A program made the translations under genes and the position numbers. 64,000 bases of DNA, taken from assembly GCA_964016885.1 (NCBI GenBank), contig OZ024741.1, forward strand, positions 84,630,001 through 84,694,000, written 5' to 3'. This DNA is from Eledone cirrhosa. Taxonomy: Eukaryota. Below the pieces are notes generated by a model. That model ran no database searches. It was not told where the DNA came from and saw nothing but the letters and a program-made list of their open reading frames with translations. This document shows, piece after piece, positions 30,117-43,250 of the stretch; positions within the stretch are counted from its first letter, which is position 1; every line of letters begins with the position of its first letter.

Positions 30117-30264
30117 AGAAGACTAAGGAGGGAGGGAAGGAAAACAAATGGGAAGAAAAGAGAAAAAAAAGCACATTGCTCGGTTTGTTGGGATTTTTCG
30201 GTGTTTTTTCACTGTTTTCTCTTTTCTTCCCTTTTGTTTTCCTTCCCTCCCTATTCCGTTTTCC

Positions 30265-30364
30265 CAATAACTTATCCAGTTATTGATACCCTGGGCGGTA
30301 GATATCTTGTCTTTAAAACATAGAAATATCCGAGACCCCCAGTAGACAACTGATGAGGAGACCC
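30265..30364 (+). ncRNA. Candidate non-cyclically permuted, pseudoknotted hammerhead-like RNA with kink-turn (intact core)
   Basis: CTGGG-CGGTA-GATAT-C-TTGTCT-TTAAAACATA-GAA-ATATC-CGA-GA-CCCCCAG-T-AGACAA-CTGATGA-GG. Stems covary with 53126-53229. Confidence 0.6.
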
Positions 30365-30419
30365 CCCCCCCCCCCCGCTCTTGCTTTCTTCTTATTCCCA
30401 CTCCATTTTAAGATATATA

Positions 30420-31371
30420 TATATAAATGAAAATAAAATTAATGTAAGCAAAATGCCAACAATAATTCAGGTATATAAGTAACTATACCATCAAGATGAA
30501 AAAATATTTAATGTAAGATGAGGGAAAAGTAATACAATCTTAATTCAAAACAAATCAAGAAGAAAAACCTTTTGTCATCAAACTTTGTGTAAGTTGTGGA
30601 AAAAGCACTACAATCTTAATTCAAAATAAAATCAATAAGTAATACTTAACCGTTAATTTGGGGAAAGCTCCAGATGCACTATATAGTCTTAAAAGACCAT
30701 TTCACGAAACTTTTCAGTGGGGTTAGTCACGGTTGGAACCGATCATCAGTAGTGCTCAACATTTTAACTAAATCACCGCTGCTAAAATACCGAGGGGGAA
30801 AAAAATAATCAACTGGGAGTTAAAAGCAGGCAAGCGAACAGCGTGTAGAAATGAAATAACAAAACAACACGTGAACACAAACTAGTGATGACGGGATGAG
30901 ATGAGAAACAAGAAACAACAGTCAAAACATTCCGAAAAAAATCAACAAAAATATGGAGTTCAGCTTAAGCAATATTATCGCAGTCTTTCTGAAAAAAAAC
31001 TGGGATTAGTCACAAATATTAGTAGCACTCAAGGAAAAACCGAGTATATATATATATAAATGAAAATAGAGAAATTAATGTAAGCAAAATGCCAACAATG
31101 ATCCATGTATATAAGTGACTATACCATCAAGATGAAAAAATATTTAAAGTAAGATGAGGGAAAAGTAATACAATCTTAATTCAAAACAAATCAAGAAGAA
31201 AAACCTTGTCATCAAACTTTGTGTAAATTGGGGAAAAAGCAATACAATCTTAATTCAAAATAAAATCAAGAAGTAATACTTAACCGTCAATTTGGGGAAA
31301 ACTACAACTGCACTATATAGTCTTAAAAGACCATTTCACGAAACTTTTCAGTGGGATTCGTCACGGTTAGA

Positions 31372-31377
<6 letters not shown>
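30420..31377 (-). mobile_element. PLE terminus tandem (about 30420-30760 and 31052-31377)
   Basis: ~320 bp diverged direct repeat containing an HHR. The second copy stops just before the CTGATGA box. Confidence 0.75.
30676..30755 (-). ncRNA. Type I hammerhead with long stem III
   Basis: GCACTA-CTGATGA-TCG...CGT-GAA-ATGGTCTT(TT)AAGACTAT-A-TAGTGC. Confidence 0.85.
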
Positions 31378-31454
<77 letters not shown>

Positions 31455-31458
31455 ATAT

Positions 31459-31890
31459 ATCATTGCTGTAGTGGAGTCTGTGCTGCTGTATGGGTCTGAG
31501 ACTTGGACACTGACCAAGAAACTCACTCAGATGGTGGATGGGTGCTACACGAGAATACTGAGGATGGCTCTGAACATTAATCAGTATACACTGAGGATGA
31601 AAAACTCCGAGCTGTATGGGAGCATCCCAAAAGTCAGCTCAAAAGTGACACAGGGGAGACTGAGGTTAGCTGGACATGCTCACCGACATCCAGAGTTGAC
31701 ATTGCACTCAGTACTCCTTTGGGAGCCCCTACATGGACACACTAGAAGAGGAAGACCAAGGTTAACGTATGTTGATGCCCTAAGGACAGACACTGGTTTG
31801 TTGGAGTTGCAGGACATGGCAGCGATAATGAGGGACAGAGACCGCTGGAGAGAACTCGTCCATGGATCTCGGGAATTTTACCCGCCTTAG
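31459..31890 (+). mobile_element. RTE/RTE-X LINE 3' fragment, 5'-truncated, in (TA)n
   Basis: [46 protein letters not shown], followed by a (TAGA)n tail. Nearly identical to 55714-56143. Confidence 0.9.
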
Positions 31891-34772
31891 ATAGATAGAT
31901 ATATATATATATCAACCAGTAGAGTCCGTGGTTAAAATCTGATATCAACTGTTTAAACAGTAGAATATATATTATGCATTGAAGCGGTAGAAAAGTCGAA
32001 TATTTTTGACACTTGTTCTTTCAGAGAATATAAAATGTCTTCATTCTTACAATTTCACTCCTTACTGATTGCATAAAAAATATTTATACTGTTTGAAAAT
32101 TTGTGTAAATGATTAAACGAATGATGATAGAAAACGTGTATATTTTCCAGACATTTCTAGCATAAACAATTTTATATTAGAGTAATGAGTATTATATGGA
32201 AAGACAGTTATATTTTTACCATGTAAAATTGTGCGCATTTTGCCGTACAATCTAATGCCTATGTCAATTAGCGCCCTGTTCTGCTAATTCATCAGGTATA
32301 AGATTTATCCAGTCTTTATAAAGGCACACATTATATATAGATTTTGTTTAAATAAATTTGTTTCCTCTATGGTGCGTTTGCGTAAGAGTAACACAAACAT
32401 TTATCAAAGACTAGTATTATCAATAAACATTTGTGTGCCTGTATGTTGATCGTATCTGAGAATGGCTCTTGCTCCAATCTCTTAGAATCACATTCATAAT
32501 TGTATAAAATGTCTATATTTAAGAATAATGAAAGAATCCTCAGAGATGGTGAAAATAAGAAAAATGTATCATTAAAATAATTACAACAATCCGATATTTC
32601 TAATGCTATTTTTAGATAATGTTTCTCACAAGTGTTGCGCTATTACTAGAAAACATTGTAAAAGGAAGATGATTGGTTTGGAGAAGTAGGAATGATGGGG
32701 AGAGTTGTTGAGAGAAAAAATAGCAAAAGGAAGTACAAGAGGTCACGAAGTTCTCCTTTTTATTGTTTTGCCCATGTTTTTTATGGTTTTCAGTAAATTT
32801 GTCACCTTCATTAAATCCTCATTTAAATGAAAGCGACAATTTTGCATCTTTATTTAATACGATGAAACAAATTCTTCTTCTTCTTCTTCTTCTTCTTCTT
32901 CTTCTTCTTCTTCTTCTTCTTCTTCTTCTTCTTCTTCTTCTATTTATTCCTGAGAGGTTCGTGAGTGCAGACAACTCAGACATCTACTCCTCTAGCACAT
33001 TTTTTCTATTACTTTGAATGTATTTATTTATTCTGACTTCTATCAGTGTCTTCTATTTTTGTTTTCTTAATCTGTCTACTTTCATCTTTTCATATATGTT
33101 TCACCCGGTCACATTAAATGTCAACTAAACTGATATACTAAAACAGAATCACTTGTATGCGAGTGTCTCTACTACTACACGCAAATAGATGACACCATGC
33201 CACAACATGTGATATATGCACTAATATACAAATCATTTAAACCGATATAGTAAACCAGAATTGGTTATACAGGAGAGCCACTACCCCTGCCGTGAAATAG
33301 TTGGAACTGTGTGATATATACAGTAATGGTCAAGTGATCTATACTGATAGAGTAAACCAGAATTTGTTGTAAAGGAAAACCACTACTACCATATTGAAAT
33401 AGCTGAAACCATACCATAACAACATGTAATACATACACTAAACACCCTGTCAGCTAAGCTTATAGTAAAACAGAATCTTCTACATAAGCAACTAAAATGG
33501 ACGGCTGTAGGAAGACGCGATGTTTTGCCGAAATTCTTGTTTTTGTTTGTCAACAACCGGTATAAAAAATAAATCATGATCAAAGAAGTTCAAGCCCTGT
33601 TCACACATTCTTGTTTTTGTAAGAAAGTATGTCAGGAACTACATTATCAAGTGGTCTCCATTATCTAAAATATTAGGATGGGGAATGAAGGAGATATGGC
33701 AAGAAAAGATTACTTATGAGAAGTCGTTATTAGTTATGAGAAACTAAGCTGTGTACGTGATGAGGTTTTTTGGATGGAAGGTATAGCTATTTCCAGTTGA
33801 GGTGATATGTCGCCATAGAGAATGCTTGCAGCCATAGGAATGACTGGAAGAGAAAAGCCAGCACCTAGCGAGATGGGAGAGGGCATTAGAAAAGCCACTT
33901 GCTGGTTATGGAGCAAAGAGAAAGAGATAAGCTGAAAGACGGGAGGAGATGTGTAGTTATGTAGCCGTAATTGACGACTTAACAACAAGAGTTTCACGAC
34001 ACAGGAAAGAAACACCCAGTCAATGTTGAACACCCTCAAATGATATCATCACCTCATCGCAAATGCTATATTCACTGAAACTGAATGGATATGGGGTATC
34101 TTGTATCAGATTGGTTTATTCATATGAAACGAAGCTGTGCATGATATGGAATGACATGTTAAATGTTATAAAGAAAGGGTGAAGTCGTTAGATATAAACT
34201 AGAAATGAAATTAATACTGTATGTCTGTTGAACCTCAGGTAGTTGTGATGAAGAAGGCTCTAGTTGTTTGATCAACGGAACAGCCTGTACATGAAATCAT
34301 CGGGTAAGGGGTTGAACATCCCACAGGTACGCTTTCCATTATCGCAAATGTCAGAAATGTGACAGTCTCAAAGGATTGGGGCAACAAGAAATGTGTTATT
34401 CTTAAGGTCACAGCACACCAACTAGTTACATATCGTACTCGCGTCCTTAAAAGCCATGACCCTAACCACTAAGCCAGGTGGTTTCACAGTTAATACAATA
34501 ACATAATGCACTCATCACAGTGACAGCTTAAATGATATTGTTTCATTTCTATAAGACGCCTTGTAATCCCTAATCAAATTATTGGAATTATGTTGTATGA
34601 ATCTAATTTTCATTTTTTTTTTATACAAGTAGACTAGATGTTTACGCTCATATTTATATTTGAAGCATTGTCTGCCTGTCTCCACCTATCAATCTTAATA
34701 TTTTTGCGTCTATGTATATATACACACACACTCACACAAACACACACACACATATATATATATGTATATATA

Positions 34773-34849
<77 letters not shown>

Positions 34850-35775
34850 ATAGGTAGATAGATAGACAGATAGATAGAAAGATGTGTAGATAGAAAGATA
34901 GATAAATGGATAGATGGATAGGTAAATAGATAGGTAGATACTTGTTATTTGATAATCTTAGTACCACATACAGTAAGCGCGTTTCATTTGTGGGTCTTTT
35001 GCGTGTGTATCAAAATGCTTCAATACCTGAAGCAACAAACAAGTATCAAAGGAGCATAATTTTTACTTAAATTACATAGCTGGGTATAAATCTGGATCAA
35101 ATTATATTTAATAGTATTTGCTTATTTTGAGCCTCTGTGTGCCATTTCTAAATTTTTAAATCGCCGCAATATATATTATATTACACTTATAATATGATAT
35201 TTGTTTAAATAAATATATAATGGTGTTTACGGGGTATATATATAGGCTCATTGGGTAATATTACGGAATATTTATAATAAATGTCTTTAGGAGGAATTAT
35301 TAAGTAAATGATGTGTAGGTGATGAGATGGGAGGAATCTGTACGTTACTTTTAGAGAACTATTTTGTGAAATTGTTTAGCAATTTTTTGCATAGAAAAAC
35401 CATTTATTTCATAGTAAAAATGTATTCAGGGCTCAATTGAACAAATTATGATTAATTGAAATACAATCCAAAGTAGATAATAGCAGTTTGTTTAATAGTT
35501 CTTCAAAGAGATTCTTAAAAGCGGCATCGCAGTATTAGTATGTAATAGGCTAACTGTACCTTTTATATATATATTATATACGGCAATCTGTGTAGCCGGC
35601 TGAAACATTTGGAAAATGAATGAATCTATTACTATAAAACGAGTAAAATTATTATGAACAACATTATGTCTTTCGTCTCCATTTAATTATAATAAAACGT
35701 TAGCATTAAACGTAAAGCTATTATATATTTAAACTTTAAATTGTTATTTCTATCTGTCTTTCTGTGTATATATCT

Positions 35776-35858
<83 letters not shown>

Positions 35859-36026
35859 TACAATATATAGAAACACACAGATACATGCGGACACATACAT
35901 ATACATGAATATCCACATATATCTTTGAATTAGTGGTGCCAACTTCAACCGATGTTGCTCTATGAATAACTGGGACAAAATAATTCGAATAGATTAGATT
36001 GATTCAGTATCAGAGCTATATAATAC

Positions 36027-36320
<294 letters not shown>

Positions 36321-36396
36321 CGAAGGAAATGTGGTAAGGAACCAAGTGGACCATAACGCACCAAAGTACTCAATACTTAGGGTAGTAGAGTGGGTA

Positions 36397-36509
36397 ATAG
36401 GAACAAATAAGACCCCGACGGCTGAGCTCAAGCCGTTTCGACGGCTAATTCTGGACTCAGAATTAGCCGTCGAAACGGCTTGAGCTCAGCCGTCGGGGTC
36501 TTATTTGTT

Positions 36510-36514
<5 letters not shown>
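36397..36514. repeat. Perfect fold-back palindrome centred on HHR stem II
   Basis: ..GTTTCGACGGCTAATTCTG(GACT)CAGAATTAGCCGTC-GAAA-CGGCT(TGAGCTC)AGCCG-TC-GGGGTC. Confidence 0.9.
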
Positions 36515-36544
<30 letters not shown>

Positions 36545-36689
36545 AATTGAAAAAGTGGAGAATAACATGGTCAATAGTACAAAAAAGGGAATTTATTTGC
36601 AGTTTAACAATTGTACGCTAAAGCTATCCATAATAAAAAGTATTCACGACCTCTAATTGGATTACCTATAACGATATTTTGTTATCCTT

Positions 36690-36792
<103 letters not shown>

Positions 36793-36834
36793 AAAGCAAT
36801 CAAAGAACGCCTACATACTCATACAATTTTTATT

Positions 36835-36881
36835 TGCTGACAGTGTTTCATCCATATCATGAGGCAGGAATCATCAGAGTT
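36835..36881 (-). ncRNA. Type I hammerhead with weak stem I
   Basis: ACT-CTGATGA-TTCC..GGAT-GAAA-CACTG-TC-AG. Confidence 0.65.
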
Positions 36882-37429
36882 TTATAAACAAAAATATAGT
36901 GTTCAGTATAAGCTCTACCAAGCTTAGTCACACGAACATTAGCTATACAGTACATGATAATACTGGGGAGATCGGAAATGGAAAGGATGGAGAGAATGCG
37001 TAATGGGGTTGTTAATCAACATTGCAGTTACATATGAGGATATAGGCAGATTTTCTCACAAGAGGAGGAGGTACATGAGGGCACACAGAAACAAATAGAC
37101 CATTTATCGATAGTTTAAAAATATAATAATAATAAAGTAAAAGAAAAAGAAAAATACAAAAAGATAAATAAATAATTTTAAAAAAATATAATTATAAAAA
37201 TTTAAGCACACAAAAGCCAGAGGAAGTTATGCATTGGTCACTATATAGAGCAGGTGATTTAGTTACCAATAACTTAGAGTTATAGAAATAGTAAGAAACC
37301 CCTAAGGTACCTTCAGGAAGTCCAAAGGGGATTTTATTCCTCCCCATAGTATACATAATCATGGTATACCAGCAGGTTACGGAATTACGTGAACCAGGGG
37401 TGCTAAACCTGCACATCGACAGGCACCAC

Positions 37430-38390
37430 ATCAATACAAGCCATACACAGACAAAGCGGGGTTAATACATGGTCAAGCTGAAGCAAATAATACACAACAA
37501 ATATGGTTTAGTCCCTGTATAAGGCACATCTGGTGAGGTGTCACGACATATGTGTTTCTACCGTAGAAGTTAATCCATTCGTTTTCATACGCCCCGATTG
37601 GCGAGGAGTTATAATATAAGTAGATCGTCCGTAGATGGTAATCCAATCTAGAATTTACAACATATGTAGATCGTCCGTAAAATGTAATTCAGTCTCATTC
37701 ATATGCTCATCAAAACATATCAGCACATATAGTAATATGCGTTACAGGCTGATGTTACACATAAAAAATCCTCCCATGTTTAAAATTCCAGACCGCGATG
37801 TGCTATATATCCAAGTTGAAGCTCCAGATTCCGTATAACCATATTCGTCACACCTAATCCAGCCGCGACCACGTCCAAATAATGCCAGGTCAAATGTAGC
37901 AGCAATTCCCCTTTTACCAATCGCGCACACGTGGACTAACAATCAATACAAGACTGAAAATAACACAAAATGCTCAAATCAGTAAATCCACCAGGCACCA
38001 CAGTATGTCTATTAGAAACATAGTTTATGCATGTGATGTTGTAACGGCAACCTCCACCAAAACATATGTGGGATCTACTTCTACCTCATTTAAGACTAGA
38101 TACAACTCCCACAAATATATATTGAGATACGATAGGCTCAGGGATACCACCTCCCTGGCTAAATATATTTATTTTAAAAAAAAATGCTAGTATTTATTAT
38201 ACCCTTAATTGATATTGGTAACTAAATCTACGCCCTACTGCCCTCCGAGCAAAACTTGTAACCTGTGCCTTCTAGAGTCTCACGCCCTAATATACTGTAG
38301 ATGTAACCTGCTCAATAGGAAATCGGATAATTTTCTTCTTGCATACACATGAATCTTAGTTCCTTTTACCACTTTAAGCCAATTACCTAG
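37430..38390 (+). mobile_element. Decayed PLE C-terminus with GIY-YIG endonuclease (Naiad-like)
   Basis: ORF 38005-38190 reads NIVYACDV...TYVGSTSTSFKTRYNSH..TSLAKYI, followed by PY..SKTCNLCL. Confidence 0.8.
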
Positions 38391-39229
38391 ATCCGCCGAG
38401 TTATCACTCCTCCCTCTTCAGTAACCCTTTAGCACTCTTTCAGCTTTCCGCCTTTTTAAACCTATTTCCTTAACCAATTAGCTTCCCCTCCCTTGGACCT
38501 CCCTCGGTATGTCATTTTGTATGACATTGGGACAGTTTGCTCCATTGCATTTGTGTGTTGCTTGACAATCGGTTGGTTTCCGGTGAGCCCAGCCCATGGT
38601 ACTGATGTCTAAGTTCCCAGGGGTGATCCCCATGTGACCTACACTTCGTGGTTTCCCTATTGCCACTGCGGTTGGGTGGTGCCACAACCCATCAGCCCCC
38701 AACTCGGGGGTTACTGGTGTGTATATGTACGCCTTGTCCCCATTTGGGCCAGGGATTCAAAATTTAATTTGTTGGGTTTTTGTTCCTTGATGGATAGCGT
38801 GGCGTCACAAGAATTATCTCCCCATGATGGCGGATGGTACTATATCGGGTATGACAGCCCGTGGCTATTATGCGGAAGGTAACTCAACTACTCACCCCAT
38901 TTGGCTTGGTCCTACAGACCGATACGGGCGTATCTGGTTCCATTGATAGACCCTTCCTGCTGCGGGACATGCGTACACTACCCGAACCCCATACTTGACA
39001 ATAGATGCGACTCATACTGTGGAATGGGACACCTTACCTGTACCTTTAGGTTAAATAATGTTCCCTTTACCGCAGCACCTATATATTATACTTTCTGTTT
39101 GAACCTGACCCTGTATGAACACTTCTCCATAATAGAATTAGTAAAGTTAACCTTGGGCTTATGGACATATCCTACGTTAACCGCGATTTAAAAGTATATG
39201 GTATGACCCACTTGACAATTCTGGAGGTC

Positions 39230-40066
39230 CGACAATAATAATATAGTTTTATTTGTACGGATCTTATTGATTCAGTGTGATAACTCTGTTGGTGACTGAA
39301 TTTTTATGGCAGTTCGAATTAAATAGCCTCATAGACGACATAACTTATTTCTATATCCAGACTTTGTTAGTGCATCATTATAATATTCAACATTAGAATT
39401 AAATACGTCCTCGGTACATGATAAACTGCTAATCCTATTGGATACGCCTTTAATAATTGCATTTAGTACTGACTGAGGATGGTTGGAATCAGCATTCACA
39501 TATGTCTGTCTCTCATTCGGTTTATAATAAGGTGTGAAAATCTTATTTTCTAGGTCAAGTGTTACATCTAAGAAATTAACTGTTTTATAATTCCTATCCA
39601 TAGTGATACTTAGGTTAAAACCTTTAAAGAATTTACGCAGGTCCTTCTTTGTCCTTTCAATGTTATATTTTTTATTCTTAAGGGTGAAGAGAGCATCGCC
39701 ACGGTATAGTCCACCGCGAAGATACGGGAGTGCTTTATGCAGCTCATGGAGAAGGTAAAGTCCATCTAAATCAGCGACCTGTGCTGAGTCACCAGAACCC
39801 ATTGTGATATAAACATTGTTAGTTGTGTTCTTCCGGGTCCATAATTGCTCCTCAAACAGGATTATAGTTTAACGTCCGGCAAGAACGATATCAATTTAGC
39901 TAGATCACTATTCTGCAAGGCCAGTAAGAGGGCCTTGTTCAAAAGGATGGGAGATATAGAGATGTAATACGAATCAATATCAAATTGGGCAAACATAAAG
40001 GATCTATAGTTGCTAATGCTGGAGAACCATTTAATCACTTCCTCCGTATTCCCCCACAGGTTAAGG
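39230..40066 (-). mobile_element. PLE reverse transcriptase fragment (Naiad-like)
   Basis: QFDIDSYYISI; MGSGDSAQVADL.GLYLL..GGLYRGDAL..NFLDVTLDL..PYYKPN..YVNADSNHP. Confidence 0.88.
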
Positions 40067-40469
40067 TAAATATATATATATATATATATACACACAGAAA
40101 CATACACACACACTCCCACTCTAAACACCTACACTCACTAGCGACGATAAACATTCAGTTCAAATAAACATATGATCTCTCTCTCTCCCTCTCTCTTTCT
40201 TTCTTACTTTCTTTGTCTCTCTTTTCTCTCTCACTTTCTCTTTCTTTTGCATTTTGTTAACATACACACTATATATATATATGTTTTCATACATATACAC
40301 GTATATATGTATGGGTGTGTGCAATGAATTAGACAACACTACTTTCATAGAGTACAAAAGTAACGTACTAGAAGATAGTTTTTGCAAGTAGAAAAAAATT
40401 ATTGTTACATTCCCCTCCAATTCCATGATGAAAAATATGTGTAATAAAATCACTAATACTAATTCTCTT

Positions 40470-41292
40470 AGTAAACATCAGGATACATCGTATAAAAATA
40501 AAAAACAACATCGAAACCGTAATAGACGAGTTACTTGGTATAATGCTCCATTTAATCTACAAATTAAAGATAATATACCTAAAAACTTTTTACTATCCTA
40601 GAGAAAAACTTCCCGCCAAACCATAAATACCATCAAATTTGAAATAGATCAACGGTCAAATTCTCCTACACAACAACCAAAAATATACAAAATATAAGTG
40701 CCTATAATGCATATAAATGTAAAAAAAAACCATGAATATACCACCAATACATCAAACTAACCATAATACTAAAATAAACCACAGCAAACCACCATCTCAT
40801 TCACATACATCAAGTCGAGAAAATTCCACACCTAATTTGACTATCTCCTCTGATACAACATTCACGAAAGGTTGTAACTGTAGAAACAAAGCAAATTGCC
40901 CATTAAAAGGAAATTGCCTTATTAATAACATAGTATATAAATGTAAAATTAACACTAAGGACTCAACTTATTCATATATAGAAGCTACTTCTAACCAATT
41001 TAAAGTAAGAATTAATACCCACAAACAGTTTTTAAAATGCCGCATTAGCTAATACAACAACCTTAGCTGAAATAATTAATAATTATAGAAAAAAGAATAT
41101 CGATTATAACCTGACCTGGAGTGTGCTCAGAAGGGCCACCCCTTATCAAAATAATAGGTATGAATCTAGATTATATTCCCAGGAACTTTTTGAAATAATG
41201 AAATCTAAGGATATCCTATTAAATAAGCGACACGAATTAATTATATCGTGTAATCATAAAATTAGAAGAACTTTTAATTATTATAAACCTAA
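40470..41292 (+). mobile_element. PLE C-terminus: Cys-rich linker plus GIY-YIG endonuclease (Naiad-like), disrupted
   Basis: WYNAPF; CNCRNKANCPLKGNCL..NIVYKC....YI.ATSNQFKVRINTH. Confidence 0.85.
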
Positions 41293-42004
41293 TTAATATA
41301 CACTTTACAAATTATTATAATAATTTTTTTTTTTTTTAAATTAGTTAACCTATAATTAATATTCTACTACTAATGAACTGCATAATTTTATTTCCCTTTT
41401 ACAGCTATCTTTTCCTAAAATTTATACCAATAAGTATACATATAAACTATTTTAATTTCAGGTTATGAATCTATATTCCTTGTAATCTATATGAATTTGT
41501 TATTTCTCACTAATACATTTACCCCCCCCCCCCCACACACATTTTTTTTTTTTAACAACATTCTTCAATTACATCTAACTCTTATTTATCATATCTATAT
41601 GAATTAATATAAATTTAGCAATATAGATATACCTATCAATTAAATTCATTTATTTTCTTTTTATAGATGTAAATTCCTTATGTTTTAAATAAGATTGATA
41701 TTTATCGTAAAATTTTATTCTCCTTAGGTTTTAACATTAGCATTATTCTTTTATAACATCAAATTTTCGTGTACCTTTCACCGGCTTGACCTATTTTCAA
41801 CCCAAAAGTTATCTTTTCATTCAAAATACTCTTTCCATTCAAAACTGAAGTCTGCTTTCCTCTACCCCTAAATTAAATTTCTATTACTGCTATTCTATCA
41901 TCTTGACCACTTACTACCTTTCTATTGGTCAATTCAAAACCTGTTCCCAAACAGACCTATTATATTAAATCTTTGTTGGTTTGTTTTCAATAAACAAATA
42001 TCAT

Positions 42005-42175
42005 TCGGTGGAGGGTCGGACGCCATGCTTTCCAGTATAGTTACGTCCCTTTACGATCTGAGTTCAAATCCTGCCGAGGTTGACTTTGCTTTTCATCCTT
42101 ACGGGGTCGATAAAATAAAGTACCCCTAATGCACTGGGTAATTGCTGGCATTTTGCCTAAAGTAGAAACAATTAT
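42005..42175 (+). mobile_element. tRNA-derived SINE
   Basis: B box GAGTTCAAATCC and conserved body. Confidence 0.88.
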
Positions 42176-42430
42176 TTCTGAAGACAGCATATATATGTGT
42201 AGGTATGTATATTCCCTCTGATAGTTTGTAAACATTTTACATAGATCTATATGATATACATACCAACACACACATATATATCCTAGAAATGATCGTAAAA
42301 TGATGAATTTTTTAATAATAGGAACTGTTTCTTTGTTTTTATTCATTATTTTTATTAATTTAATATATATATATATAGTTAAATAAGATAACAAGGACCA
42401 TTGGTTACTCCTTCGTTACGTTTATTGGTT

Positions 42431-42515
42431 GGTGACACGCGTTTCGCTACTGACCAGCTCAAGGTTCAATCTGTATCGATCTGACCTACATCTGTAATCC
42501 ACGGCTCGTCAGACC
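42431..42515 (-). ncRNA. Type I hammerhead with long loop II
   Basis: GGT-CTGACGA-GC...GC-GAAA-CGCGTG-TC-ACC. Confidence 0.75.
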
Positions 42516-42550
42516 CCTTGTAATGTTAATTACTCCAAGTTACACTCCCT

Positions 42551-42588
<38 letters not shown>

Positions 42589-43132
42589 CTATAATAATGA
42601 GTTCAAATCTCAGGCAGTCTTTTACAATGAAATAGCTCAAAGAAAGAGTATTTCTGAGCCGTGTAATACAGGTTAATATAAATTAATATATTTGATAAAC
42701 ACAAATACCGACATATTCATGTTTGTATTGTAAATGACCAAGTTAGCTAGATTGAAATATACTAATAATAATATTACAGTTTGCCTATCTTGACTTAAGA
42801 TAATAAATCAACAAAAACAAATTGTATTGGCAATGGCCGTGGTGCTTGGACAAATTTAAATTTCAAAATCAAACCTGTTCCGTAGACAGGTTTAAACCTT
42901 AAAATCCAAATATGTTTCGAATAATGAAAAAGTGGAAGAAATACCGCATTTTGATCTCCTCAGCAAGCACTATAAAAATTGGTATGTTCCACTTCAAAAT
43001 ATTTAGAAAGACTGTTTAGCTAACTTGGTCATTTACAATACAAACAAATAAATAAATAAATATTTTGATATTACACTGAAAGAATCTCTTCAGCATTTTC
43101 TACTGAAAAAATCTTTTTCCTTTCTACTATTT

Positions 43133-43250
<118 letters not shown>

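Larger units (their letters stand above)
29315..30415. mobile_element. PLE-like terminal repeat array: two direct minus copies (about 29315-29570 and 29934-30190) plus an inverted plus copy (about 30175-30415)
   Basis: ~250 bp units in direct-plus-inverted arrangement between microsatellites. Each unit carries the permuted hammerhead-like motif. Confidence 0.75.

Noticed and set aside
30291-30360. Permuted motif as an HDV-like, twister, pistol or box C/D snoRNA
   Set aside because: It lacks the P3/L3/P1.1 and J4/2 features of HDV-like ribozymes and the twister and pistol consensus residues. There is no properly spaced box C/D pair. The hammerhead core assignment explains more positions.
40861-41050. 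Selenocysteine (UGA) recoding as reported for some Naiad PLEs
   Set aside because: The Cys codons in the linker are TGT or TGC, and no in-frame conserved TGA or SECIS was recognised.
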